Assembly (NCBI GenBank): GCA_951406725.2
Contig: OX597821.1
Coordinates: 79,546,001 to 79,610,000 of the forward strand
DNA: 64,000 nt
Reading direction: 5' to 3'
DNA from: Octopus vulgaris
Taxonomy: Eukaryota
This document shows positions 25,007 to 37,706 of this stretch, in pieces (position 1 is the first letter of the stretch; every line of letters begins with the position of its first letter). Both the position numbers and the translations under genes were made by a program. The notes under the pieces were generated by a model, which made no database searches, was not told the origin of the DNA, and was given only the letters and a program-made list of their open reading frames with translations.

Positions 25007-25670
25007 TGCAACTAATGCTTTTGGCAAACTCTGTCATCACCTATGAAATGAAAGGGGCATCGAACTTGACACCAAAGTACAGGTCTATATATATCCATTC
25101 TTACTATTCTCTTGGGTGGCTCAGAATTGTGGATACCCTTTAGATGACACATTAGCCAACTAGACATCTTCTACAAAGACTGACTGAGGACAATCTGCAG
25201 TTATTCACTAAAAGACAAAGTCTCTAATGCCAACTTGTTTAGCAAGTGTAATATTGGTGGAATTGAGAGCTTCCTTATACAATCACAATTGTGCTGGGCA
25301 GGCCATGTTATCAGTATGAGTGACGAAAGAATACCCAAAGTTTTCATGTACAGCCTGTTTGAGAATGGACACAGGAATGCTGGTTGACCATGGCTCGAAT
25401 ATAAGGATAAGCTGAAGAGTAGTGCTGAAAATAGCTCACAAGACCTTTGAGCGAACAGCTTTGGTACAAACAAAATGGAGATCAATGTGTCAAAATGGTA
25501 TTAAAAACTTTGTTGCAACCAGCATTAACAGGCTTCAGGGTGCAAGCCAAAGGAGAAAAGCAGCTGCAAATATGCAACCTGCACTGATCTGCAATCTTCA
25601 TGCTTGCAACACTTGTGGCCTTCTTTGCAAGTTGTTGGTGGGACTTAAATGTCACATTTGACATAAGCAT
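25007..25670 (+). mobile_element. Old RTE-clade LINE 3' coding remnant with a C-terminal zinc-finger-like motif
   Basis: AFGKL..DTKVQVY..KVSN..QLCWAGHVISMSDERIPK..KWRS..CNTCG...GLKCH, with stops and frameshifts. Confidence 0.75.
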
Positions 25671-26798
25671 TATGACTGACAAAGAAAAAGTATATTGTTG
25701 GAGCCTCATACATCGAAACTGACTGGAGAGTCCATCATATATATACATATATAATATATTTCTCCTCATTTGTACATTCAAACATATATAGATATATACG
25801 GCACAGGCATGGCTGTGTGGTTGAGAAATTTGCTTTGCAACCACATAGTTTGAGGTTCAGTTCCACTGCAAGTGGGTTTAGTGGAAAGAAACTTTGTAGA
25901 AGACTATCTTGTACATGTATACATGTGCGTGTGTGTATGTGTCTTTGTGTCCCCACTCCCACCCACTTCTTCACAACCGGTGTTGATTTGTTTATGTTGC
26001 TGTAACTTAGCAACTTGGCAAAAGAGACTGATAGAGTACGTATCAGACTTTAAAAATAGGTATTGAGGTTGATTTGTTTGATCAGATGTTTGAAGGTAGT
26101 ATCCCTTCATGGCTGCAGTCCAATGACTGAAGCAAGTAAAAGATAAAAAGAATAGATAAAAATATTATGTGTGTGTGTGTGTGTGTGTTTAAGCTCCAAA
26201 GCAGATGTAGTAGAGATCATGCAGATACATTCTCGTATATATGAGAGTGTCTCCATGTTTGCATGATATAAAAGAAGGTTGCATTAAATAATGCAACACT
26301 GAATAAACTATTTATGGCAGAAGAAAAATATGACAGGATGATCATAAATGGAATGCTTTTGATGATAAGTTTACACATTGGCAGGTTGACTTGAAGGTTA
26401 AGCAACAATTGTAATAAAACAACTTCTGCCATCTAATTTGTTTCAATGGAAATAAATTCAAAACTCTGTGAAATGACATTACCCAATTACTAACATTTGT
26501 ATGATGGAGACAAGATAAAGAAACCATTGTCTCTATAAATATATGTTAGTCTGTGCTTTGAAATATTTTTTATTATCATTTGTGAAATTCCAACCTACTC
26601 ACTATGTTATTGTTACATTAACAGAAACAAAAAAAAAGCCCCTATGTGGTTGCTTAATCTGCAAGAAAAAGTACCAAAATCTCCTTGGAAGTGTTAACAC
26701 TAACATCTTTATAAAAAGAAAGGCCTGTTGAATAAGTGGTGCAATTAAAAGCTGGGGGTAATTACTGCTGGAACAATTTTGGTTACAAGTCAGCTTAA

Positions 26799-26979
26799 CC
26801 TTTTAGTATTGAAACTGCTCAGGTCCAACCAAAATATTTTGCATGTTTCATGTTCAAACCAACCAAAGAATGTACAATCACAGCATCAACATCTCAAAGG
26901 TACAAAATAATGCCTGATTAATTCAAAACAATGTCAATAAATAAGAATTATAATATAATTTAATCTGAATGCTAAAGGG
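26799..26979. mobile_element. TTAA-flanked MITE (piggyBac-like ends); relatives at about 46275-46428, 52039-52257 and 59528-59660
   Basis: TTAA|CCTTTTAGTATT...AATGCTAAAGGG|TTAA terminal inverted repeats. Confidence 0.7.
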
Positions 26980-27149
26980 TTAATCATGGCAAGCCTAGGG
27001 CTAAACAGTAACGTTACTTTGGAGAGTCCATGCCATTTTAGTTGTCTTCTACTAAATTCTAATCACAAACCATGAAAACAGAAGTGAGATGAACCATAAT
27101 TAATAAACATTTTGTTTCTCTCTCTCTCTAATGCAGTGCCTTAGCTGGA

Positions 27150-27530
27150 ATACTCTTTTACTTCTTTCAGTAATTTGACTGTGGTCATGCTGGAGCACCA
27201 TCTTTAGTCAAGCAAATCGACCCCAGGACTTATTCTTTGTTAGCCTAGTACTTATTCTATTGATCTCTTTTGCTGAACCGCTAAGTTACGGGGATGTAAA
27301 CACACCAGCATCGGTTGCCAAGTGATGTTGGGGGCACAAACACAGACACAAAAACATATACATACACATACATATATATGACAGGCTTCTTTCGGTTTCC
27401 GTCAACCAAATCCACTCACAAGGCTTTGATCGGCCTGAGGCTATAGTAGAAGACATTGCCCAAGGTGCCACACAGTGGGACTGAACCTGGAACCATGTGG
27501 TTGGTAAGCAAGCTACTTACCACACAGCCA
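27150..27530 (-). mobile_element. SINE family A, near full length
   Basis: Collinear with 40533-40940 and 51020-51420. Confidence 0.8.
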
Positions 27531-27855
27531 AAATTTCCCCTCTTCTACATAACAAAATAATTTAATACAGTTTCATAGTCATCATCATCATTGTCGTCGT
27601 CATCATCATTGGTTTAGCATCCACTTTTCCATGGTTGCATTAAATGGAGTTTATTAAAGCAGATTTTCTATGGCTAGATGCCCCTCCAGTCATCAACTTT
27701 CTCCCGTTTGCAAGTAAAATAATGTTACTCCATTGCTAAACATGTTTTCACAGAATATTAGAAAGAAATGACACTGCTTACATGATGATAGTGACACTCA
27801 TTTACACTTAAGCCACAATGTCAAGGCAAAGAGGCACAAACATACACATACTCAC

Positions 27856-28485
27856 ATCATCATCATCATCATCGTTTAACGTCCACTTTCCATGCCGACA
27901 TGGGTTGGACGATTTGACTGAGGACTGGCGAACCAGATGGCTGCACCAGGATCCAATCTGATCTTGCAGAGTTTCTACAGCTGGATATCCTTCCTAACGC
28001 CAACCACTCCGAGAGTGCAGTGGGTGCTTTTACATGCAACCGGCATGAGGGCCGGTCGGGTGGTACTGGCAATGGCCACACTCAAATGGTGTTTTTACGT
28101 GTCACCTACACAGGCACTAGCAATGCCCTCGTTCGAATGTTGTTTTCCACGTACCACCAGCACAAGTGCCACTAAGGCGACGCTGGTAACGATCATGCTC
28201 AAATGGTGCTTTTTACATGCCACCGGCATGGGGGCCGGTCAGCGGCACTGGCAACGATCACGCTCGAAAGGTGCTCTTAGCGCTCCACTAGCACGGATGC
28301 CAGTCATGCAGTGCTGTCACCGAATTTGATTTCGATTTCACTTGCTTCAACAGGTCTTTGCAAGCAGAGTTTAGTGTCCAATGAAAGAAAGGTACGCCTA
28401 AGAGGGCTGGTTACACCACTGACATAGGCCACAGGTTATGGTCTCACTTGGTTTGCCGGGTCTTCTCAAGCACAGCATATTTCCA
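27856..28485 (-). mobile_element. RTE 3' UTR/tail element ending in (GAT)n, with tandem subunits of about 70 bp
   Basis: Family motif GGAGTGGTTGGCGTTAGGAAGG..TCCAGCTGTAGAAAC...GGACGTTAAACGATGATGATG on the minus strand. Confidence 0.8.
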
Positions 28486-28508
28486 AATATCCACACACAC
28501 ATACACAT

Positions 28509-28547
<39 letters not shown>

Positions 28548-28866
28548 TGAGACCCCCTTCGGTCATGACACAGACCATGGGATTGCACCTTGAAAGTTAC
28601 CCTCCCAGGCACACAAGTCCACGCAAGGTTGTTTATGGAAGCAGTTGTCCATGCATACCAGCCTCCTTGCTGCATGCCACTGATGTTATCCAAGAGAAAG
28701 ACAAAGGCCGATACAGCTTGGCACCTGTGACGTCGCAACTCATTTCTACAGCTGAGTGAACTGGAGCAACGTGAAATAAGTGTCTTGCTCAAGAACACAA
28801 CACGCAGCCCGGTCCGGGATTCAAGCTCACAACCTCACGATCGTAAGCTCGACGCTCTAACCACTG
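28548..28866 (-). mobile_element. tRNA-derived SINE, same central domain as 17446-17770 but a different tail; also at about 55930-56252
   Basis: TGTGTTCTTGAGCAAGACACTT..CACGTTGCTCCAGTTCACTCAGCTG..AAATGAGTTG followed by CGACGTCACAGGTGCCAAGCTGTATCGG. Confidence 0.75.
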
Positions 28867-28890
28867 ACATATATATTTGTCATCTCTCTT

Positions 28891-28953
<63 letters not shown>

Positions 28954-29002
28954 AGGAAGAGGGATGAGAAAAGAATAAATAACTATCTTATGAACCTTAT
29001 TA

Positions 29003-29081
29003 GCTTACAGCTGTTTCCGCTACAGCATACAGTGAACTCATAGTTGAGCATCTTAAAAATACCTTATAGTTTCATCAGAGC
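29003..29081 (-). ncRNA. Degenerate type I hammerhead motif (probable PLE terminal remnant next to (TA)n)
   Basis: Minus strand GCT-CTGATGA-AACTATA...TGTAGCG-GAAA-CAGCTG-TA-AGC. The base of stem II is imperfect. Confidence 0.5.
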
Positions 29082-29229
29082 ATCAAATAAATAAATTGTA
29101 CTGAGCCTCGTGGAGCTTAGGTGTTTTTGCTCAATAAACACTCACAATGCCTGGTCTGGGAATTGAAACTGTATTCCTACAGCCGTGAGTCCACTGCCCT
29201 AACCACTGAGCCATTGCGCTTCCACAGTG

Positions 29230-30010
29230 GCAGATATTGCTCAATGCTAGGCCAAGTTCCTTGGCATGGATTGATTTCTCCCAGACAGGACATGCATATT
29301 CCACAGAGGAATAGCATGAGGCCAGAGCAGGAGACCCTAATGTGTGTGCAGTGGCTCCCCATTTGGAGATGACTAGTTTCTGCTGAATGTTGCTTTGGGA
29401 ACCAACTTTTAATTTCATGTTTTCAACAAGGAGAGAGAGAATACAGTTCGAGGTTACTCCAAAGTAGACAGGAGAGATTCAGTGCTGCAGGGGTGTTTCC
29501 AGACCACTGATATTAAGAGGAATGAATGGCTTCATGATTCTAAATATGAAAGGAGCAGACTTGAGTCACAGGGTTGGCATATAGGCTGTTGCATTCATAA
29601 TAAAGAAGTTATCATCAAGGGTTCACCTGAGGTTTGCTTCTACTACTGTTTCCACAAAGGTGGCCAGCATAAATAAACCACTCAGTTTTCTGGTTCATTG
29701 GCTGGTCATTAGTATAGATGTTATATAGTACAGAGCCTAGTACACTACCTTGTTGTCGCTGGTAACTTTGCTTATTGTTCAAAACAACAAAAAGGCACCT
29801 GTCTACAGGGAGGTTCCAATGACGGTCATAAGCAGCAGGTCTTTTGTTAACTTGAAGCTCTTTTGTTGAAGGAGGTGGTCATTCACAGTGTCTTGCATGG
29901 CAGAGAAATCAACAAAGGTGGCTTTTGTTATGAGTCCTTTTTGAAACCCATCTCAGTATGCTGAATGAGATTCAGAAGTTGATTTATGGTGGGTCTGCCA
30001 GATTAGAATC
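29230..30010 (-). mobile_element. Degraded Vingi/Ingi-like LINE RT remnant
   Basis: TFVDFSAMQDTVNDHLL, NDQP..FIYAGH (decayed YADD) and KWGATAHTL..ALASCYSSVEYACPVW. Confidence 0.6.
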
Positions 30011-32261
30011 CAGCTTGTTGAGCTAGAAGTATTCATGTTGTGATCTCTGTCAGTTCTTGGTATCACTTGTGAATTCTACCAACACAAAACACTTCATAGC
30101 TATGTTGTGTGTATGTACATGTATATGAATGTGTGTCTGGGATGTGTGTTTGGAATCAATTTGCTCTCTCTCAAAGCTCTCCTTCAATTAGAAAAGGTGT
30201 GCCAAATTTATGCTGATCGATAGGCTCAGAAGGAAGTGAGCCAAAAGATGTGTAACAAAAGTATATTTATCATTCAGCTGTCTAGCTTTAAATACCCAGA
30301 AATTGACTCATATGTGTGTGTAGGATTTATGTGATATTTGCACTGGTTGGGTGCCTCACACAATTCCTTACATAGTTGTTGAAAGGAAAAATAGCAGGAA
30401 CACGAATCTCCGAACAAATAACAATAATAATTTATTTCGCCGAAATAAACATTTTATCTCTGGACATCAGTAGCGTGGATGCCTGGGTGGAAGCAGCAGG
30501 GTTAGTAGTTAGATACAGAATACAAAGGCATTTTCACAGACTCGCAACATTGCTCGCCGTCAGAATGCCAGCTCCACATAGCTGGTCACAGTCGCGTCCT
30601 GTCTGGTCGGAAACCACGGGACTAAGAGAGAGAATAGCGATCAAGCCTAGCTGCTGGTGATGACTGTGCATGCACACGAGGGACTTTCGGAAGACTGATA
30701 CTTGCGCATGCACATGAGGGATTTCCGGCAAGCCTTCCGGAAGACTAATACTTGTGCATGCGCAGATGAAAATCACAAAATGGTGTCTGAAACCTGGCAT
30801 CACTGCATGTGTTTTCTACAAGTGGTCACATGATGGTGTATACATCAATCAAGACTTTCTGGCTTTACATGGGCTATCATCCAATCACGTGACAGACCAG
30901 CCTAGCATGGGAAAATTATGTTTGTTCACAGGAGTCCCTAATCAGCTTTAAAAAGAGGAATCTTTCCCACTATTCTTCAGTGAGATGGGAAGCACAATTG
31001 AGTTCCTATTTTGGTAAGGAGAAGAAAGTTATTTGGCAGATAGCCTTGACGTGCTGTTGTTCCGTTTAGTCAAGCACACATCACCAAGTTCCAACTGCAT
31101 GGGTAACCATATGTATATTTTCTTCAGACAGTATCATTCAGTATGTACCAAAGTTTTCGGTACCGATTCATTTAGTGGTTGAATAAAGTGGGGAAGTCAG
31201 TTGCAACTCGTTTTCTGGTATTTCTTTCTGCTGTTATACCTAACTCGTTGGAACCAAGAAATTATAATTTTACCAGGGCCAGAGCTACGCCTACTCAACC
31301 TGAAAAAAATTATATCGTTGCTGGAACCTATTCCCATGCGATGTTGTGATTGGTGAGATTTTGTTGATCATATATGGATAGTATTCTAGCGAATTACGAC
31401 ATTGAGTGTAGTGATGTGACTGCTGAACATTGTCATTACAGCTCTCTGGTTCCAGATATTTTACCTAATCCCAATTGACACTACGTTATATTAGTTATAT
31501 TCTCTATTTGCTGGTGCTATATCTTTGAGCTACTTCTTAAAAGTAAATTAGCCTTATTAACGGGATCTACTTTTAAAGAGTTTGCATGTGTGAGATTAAA
31601 AAAAAACCTTGTGTTTTCTTTATTACACAGCGTTTGAGCGTCAAACAAAATGCTTTGCAGTATTTGTTCTGGGTCTCGTTTATGCTCTGAGTTTGAATTT
31701 CGCCCAGTTCCGTTTTGAAAAATTTTTGAAATGTGTTTTGAGAATTTTCGTTAAAGTTTTTGAAAATTTTTTTGACAATTTTCATCAAAGCGTTTGAGAA
31801 TATTTCTGAAAATTTGATGCCAGCGCTGCCTTACTGGCTCCTGTGCTGGTGGCATGTAAAAAGCACCATCCGAATGTGATCAATGTCAGTGCCTCCTGAC
31901 TGGTCCCCATGCCGGTGGCACATAAAAAGCACCCAAGACACTCTCAGAGTGGTTGGTATTAGAAAGGGCATTCGGCTGTAGAAACCTTGCCATGCCAGAT
32001 GAGATTGGAACCTGGAGCAAATTTTTGAAAGTTTTTTGAAAATCTTCATCAAAATTTTAAAAAAATTTTTCTGAAAATTTTCATCAAAATTTAAAAAAAA
32101 GTTTTTTTGAAAATTTTGATCAAAATTTCTGAAAACTTGCATCAAAATTTGGAAATTTATTTGAAAATTTTCATCAAAATTTTTGAAAAGTCTTTTCAAA
32201 ATTTTCATCAAAATTTTTGAAAGTTTTTTGATGATTATATATATGTGTGTGTGAAGAAGTG

Positions 32262-32898
32262 TCACACCCTCACAGTGGAAGGAACCTGTGAAAGAGGTGG
32301 ACCAGGAAGATATGGGATGAGGTGGTGAAGCATGGCCTTCAAACATTGGGCCTCACAGAGGCAATGACAAGAGACTAAGACCTTTGGAGATATGCTGTAA
32401 TTGAGAAGACCCGGTGAGTAAAATGAGATCACAGCCGTGGCCAATGCCAGTGTTGCATAACCAGTCCATTTAAAAGTAGTCTTGAATCATTGGGCAACAT
32501 GATGTGCTTGAGAAGACCTGTTGAGTCAAGTGGAATTGAAATCATAGTTGTGGTCATTGCTGCCTGACTGGCACCCATGCTGGTGGTATGTAATAAACAC
32601 CGTTGGAGCATAGGTCAATGCTAGTGCCACCTGACTGTCTCCCATGCTGGTGGCACATAGAAAGCACCATCCAAACGTGGTTGATGCCAGCGCTGCCTTA
32701 CTGGCTCCTGTGCTGGTGGCATGTAAAAAGCACCCAAGACACTCTCAAAGTAGTTGGTATTAGAAAGGGCATTCAGCTGTAGAAACCTTGCCATGCCAGA
32801 TGAGATTGGAACCTGGTGCAACTTACTGGCTTACCAGTTTACAGTTAAGCTGTCCAGTTCATGCCAGCATGGAAGGTGGACATTAAATGATGATGATG
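32262..32898 (+). mobile_element. RTE LINE 3' end: ORF2 C-terminal remnant joined to the (GAT)n-tailed UTR
   Basis: LTVEGTC.RG.PRK.WDEVVK..LGLTEAMTRD*DLWRYAV, continuous with the abundant tail element. Confidence 0.8.
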
Positions 32899-32910
32899 TG
32901 TTTGCATGTC

Positions 32911-33032
<122 letters not shown>

Positions 33033-34899
33033 CATACATATATATATGTGTGTGTGTGTATGGATATGTATATATTCTGGAAGCATTATGTTTTGGATTC
33101 TCCACTCATTATAGGCAGTCCCTACCTCATGCATTATGCCTGCCTCTTCCCCCTCTCCTCGCCCCAGCAAGCGTTTTGTCTTTACTACTTCTGTTGTACA
33201 CCACCACCACCGATCTTCTGTATCCTTCTATCTTCACCAGCTCATGGCTCTTGTCTCATCCACCCTCCAACCCTACCCATTTTGTCAGTCTTCCTCCCCA
33301 CTCCTCATTCACTTCCCCATACAATCATGCAAACCACCCACTCACCCATATTTGCTCTCCTTGTGCCTTGTGCTGGGGCCACCTGGCCATTATCTATGTC
33401 TTGCAGCTCCTCCTGATAATTTTCTCTTTTCCCCGCCTCCTTTTCCTTACTAGACATGAGTAATCATGCAGATCATTCTGCAGGAACCTACTCTCCCCCA
33501 GCTTTTCTCATAGTAATCCCCTCATCCTCTAGCATGAAGCTGAAATCCCCACCCACAAAAGGGCTTGTTGTTTTGCAAACTCCATGATGACCTCACTTGT
33601 GCATCCAGTCAACATTGTGAAGTGGTTGGCATTAGGAAGGGCGTCTAGCCATAAAAAAAGACCAAAGCAGACACTAGAGCATAATGCAATCCTTGCACAC
33701 ATCAGATCCTGTCAGACCATCCAACCCATGCCATGGGACATAGATGTGAAATGATGATGATGATGATCTTCTTAATATATATATGTTTGCTTGTCCCCCC
33801 AACATCGTTTGACAACCGATGCTGGTGTGTTTATGTCCCCGTAACTTAGCGGTTCGGCAAAAGAGACCGGTAGAATAAGTACTAGGCTTACAAAGAATAA
33901 GTCCAGAGGTCAATTTGCTCGACTAAAGGCGGTGCTCCAGCATAGCTGCAGTCAAATGACTGAAACAAGCAAAAGAGTACCGTAGATGAATGATACCTCT
34001 GTCATCTATCTTTGTCACTGTGCATGCCTTTCTCTAAGGCCTCCCACCCTACGAATCATTTCCCTATTCTTGTTTATTTATTTATCTACTGCCACTTCTA
34101 TTTCTTTCACCTCTCCGCTCCCATATGGACATTTACAATTGACAACACTTACACCCTTCTTTGTCATCCACTACATTCATCTCTGTTCCTGTCTCCAACC
34201 ATCTGTCATTCTTCTCTCGCATAGTTATGAACTTATTCAAACATCCTTCCTGGTCCGCAGTCTGTATTTTCTCCTATTCTCAACTTCTTGTTCCTTGAAT
34301 GTATGTTCTGATGCCTAATCACCATCATCTTTCTTTTAGCTACTTTTGCCGACCCGTATATAATTGTTGGGTAGACATGTTTCTCCTCTGAAGCAAGAGG
34401 CCTGTGCCCCTGTCGTATTTTAGTCTCTCAACTCCTGGCATAAAGTCATCTCTCTCCTACAATCCCTGTCCTGTGAGTTATTTGGTGACTTCACTAGAGC
34501 TGGAATGAAAAAAAAAATAGGGGTCATAAAATTATGATACCTATTTCATCAACAGTTGAAACTTGATCACAATTTGTTCACGGAATACGGTTGAAACTAG
34601 AGAGAACTTAAAATAAATGAATATATATATATATTTACAGCGAAATGAAAGCTAAATACGAATATTTTAAATGGTGTACAATAAAACTGAATATTTCAAT
34701 TTTTTGCCTACTATTTGATAAAAACCGCTATAATTAATGTTTATTTATTTTGTTAACGTCGTCTCAACAAAAACCGATATATTTCTTCAAGTAAGAATGT
34801 AGCTAGGGCAGATAAGATTTTGATAGTTATAACACCTGTCGCAGGTGGAAAACCAGGAAAGAAGTTGGCGAAATATTGAAAATTATTGTTGTGTGTCGG

Positions 34900-35128
34900 A
34901 AGAGATTTATGATGATGATTCTCATTACGATGGAACCAGGAAGTAAATAAACTTACAGATATCACAAATGAGTATCATTGTGGAAACAGAAGAATATAAT
35001 TTTTAAATGCTTTTCACAGAAATTATTGACCCCAAAACTTTTGGCAGTTCATTGTTTTGTGGTGTCACCGCCGGTGTAAGCGGAACGAGTGCGCACGCCA
35101 TTCTCTCTTCCGCAAAGACGAGCTAAAA
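34900..35128 (+). promoter_or_regulatory. Putative STX8 promoter / 5' UTR
   Basis: Repeat-free, CpG-enriched stretch before the ATG. Contains ETS-like CAGGAAGT (about 34937), TGCGCAC (about 35089) and a pyrimidine run TTCTCTCTTCC (35101-35111) resembling a TCT initiator. Confidence 0.45.
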
Positions 35129-35145
35129 ATGCCTTCCGATCCTTG
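35129..35145 (+). CDS. STX8: Syntaxin-8 coding exon 1 (MPSDPW, last codon split)
   Basis: AAAA-ATG CCT TCC GAT CCT TG followed by donor GTGAGT. Splices in frame to 43297. Matches the recalled vertebrate STX8 start MAPDPW. Lies in a locally CpG-richer, repeat-free segment. Confidence 0.88.
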
Positions 35146-37706
35146 GTGAGTAGAAACCTGATTTTTATCACTATTATAAACGATCCTGCAGTATTTCCTT
35201 CTGAATCTTAGTAGTTATTTAAGCAGGACAGTTTCAGCTATTTTCGGTGCTATTACAGTTCTTCTCTTTTTTTTTGTGCGTTTTAGGCGTCGCCTTCGTC
35301 CCGTGATTGTTTATTGTTGTTGATAAAACAACAATCTCGTGATCATGTCTAGTAATCTCTACACATGACACTAAACTTGCTTTAAAGTCTATATTTAAGA
35401 GTTCATGTTCCACACACAAAACCTTCTTTAGAGCTATTCTTTAACAGTCTAAGTCCGGATAACAAAATTGTTATTAAAGACGAAGATCCATTATATTTCA
35501 GTAACTGTTTCACAAGTCTAATTTCCTTTTAGCTTAACTCCAAACTTATATTTATTTACCATTACAACTCTTGTGTAATCTGTCTCTGGTGATCATTACA
35601 CTGTATTAGTTTATTTATTGTTGAAATAATATCGACTCTGTTCATTGTCATTAGCTGAGATAAACTAACGAAGGGATCCACTGTAAACAATTGCTTTACC
35701 TGCTTGGAATAGTGGATGGATCTCTTTCATATCACACCCTACAAACTTAGAAAAAGAACATATTAGGGGCGGGGAATCGAATGAATAAATAAAAAAAAGA
35801 AACACGAGATGTTCATAGTTTGAACGCATTTCATAAGTTCGATCGATCGATCAGCGCTGAGCTGGATCTGAACAACAACTATTTCTTTACCACAACCAAA
35901 TAAAGGCTCCCATTGTATTTATCCATAACTTTCGATATAAGGAACGTTAACATCTTAGGGGCAAGGAGCAATTTGAGAAGTCTGGGCTCAGCTGTGCCAT
36001 GCTAGTCATAGCATTTTGGATGTTGGTACAGTTCGGCTTTAGTCCATGACTTCTTATTCCGCGTTTTAGGAGCAGCCTTGTTTCTAAGGGATCTTTCATC
36101 CAGGAGGCGTCACTCAGCTGATCTGGTTGCTGTTTGTCGACCATAAAATTACATCCTCTTGGAATTATAATAGAATTATGGTTGTTGTTATTCAATTGTC
36201 CAGCTTCTCACCCCCAGTCAACTTTGATCAAGCAGATCTATGGTCAAAAACATTCCAATCCTGCACTTTTAACAGCATCTAGGAATACGTTGTTTAATGT
36301 ATCCCCTCTAAGGCGGCGAGCTGGCAGAATCGTTAGCACACGGGGCAAAAATGCTTAGCAGTATTTTGTTCGTCTTTATGTTGTGAGTTCAAATTCCGTC
36401 GAATTTCACTTTGCCTTTCATCACTCCAGGGTCGGTAAAATAAGTAGCAGCTGAGTAGTGGAGTCGATGTAATCGACTTAACCCTTACCCTGAAATTACT
36501 GGCGTTGTGTCAAGGTTTGAAACAATCATTTAATTTATCTTCCTCTTTGAAGGCGTGGGGTCTGATTTGAGGAAGATCTGACCGATATTCCTAGCAGGTG
36601 TAGTAATCCCAAGAATCCCAATTAAGTTCAGATGAATGACTGTAGTGGAAGTAAACAGGATTGTGTATCATTCATGTCTTTCGCAAGGACATGGACGATC
36701 TCAGTAAAGTTATAATGACTTTCGCCGAGAAATATAAAGTTTACTGAAGACAATATAGGGAGACTTACGACTTCCGTTAGACAAGTTTTTTTTCAACGAT
36801 ATGTCATGTAGAAGTTCAAGAATAATCAATAAATTAGATAAACACACGACTAATTGTATATAAATCAATGTATAAACAGTAGCGTTTTGTAATATGTTGC
36901 TATTGTAGGGGAGGCTGTTCACACTTCATGCATAAATTTATGTTATTTACCTATCTATACTCGCGCGCGCACTTATGTGTATGTATTATTGTATATTTTA
37001 ATGGTATACTTAATTCTCTGTGACTCAGCTAGATGTCAGAAACTGTGATACACCTTCAAGAACATTATTAGTGATAAGTAGCTATACTATCATCACCACC
37101 ACCACCACCCCCACCATCATCATCATCATTATCACCACCACCATCATCATCATCATTTAACACTAGCTTTTCCAAGCATGCATAGGTTTGATGGAGTATA
37201 TTGAGGCAAATTTTTCTATGGCTACCTTTCCTGTCACTAATCCTTACCTGTTTCAAAGTAAGGTAATATTTTTGCATAGTAAGATATGTTTTTGAAGAAT
37301 ATTGGAAATGAATGACGTTTATTAACAACAATCAAGTGATGTCAAGACAAAGAGATACAAACATATACACAACTATGCACCCCACCACACACATATAAAG
37401 GGACAAGATTCTTTCAGTTTCTGTCTATCAAATCCCCTCACAGAACTTTGGTCAGTCTGAGGCTATAGTAGAAGACACTTACCCAAGGTGCCACATATGG
37501 GACTGAACCCAAAACCATATGGTTGGGAAGGAAGCTTCTTAACCCCACGGCCTTACCTGTACCTGTCTACTTGCTATCAGGAAACTGGAGCTAATAACCA
37601 CCCGTTTAAAGAATGCTTTTTGGTGTTTTGTGGATATTTTCATGACTGTGGTTACAAGATTTCTTTTACAAACAGATAGCTCTGGCTATATATATATATA
37701 TATATA

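Noticed and set aside
34753-34965. 70-aa minus-strand ORF as a head-to-head protein gene
   Set aside because: Non-ATG start, no recognisable similarity and no supporting coding exons.
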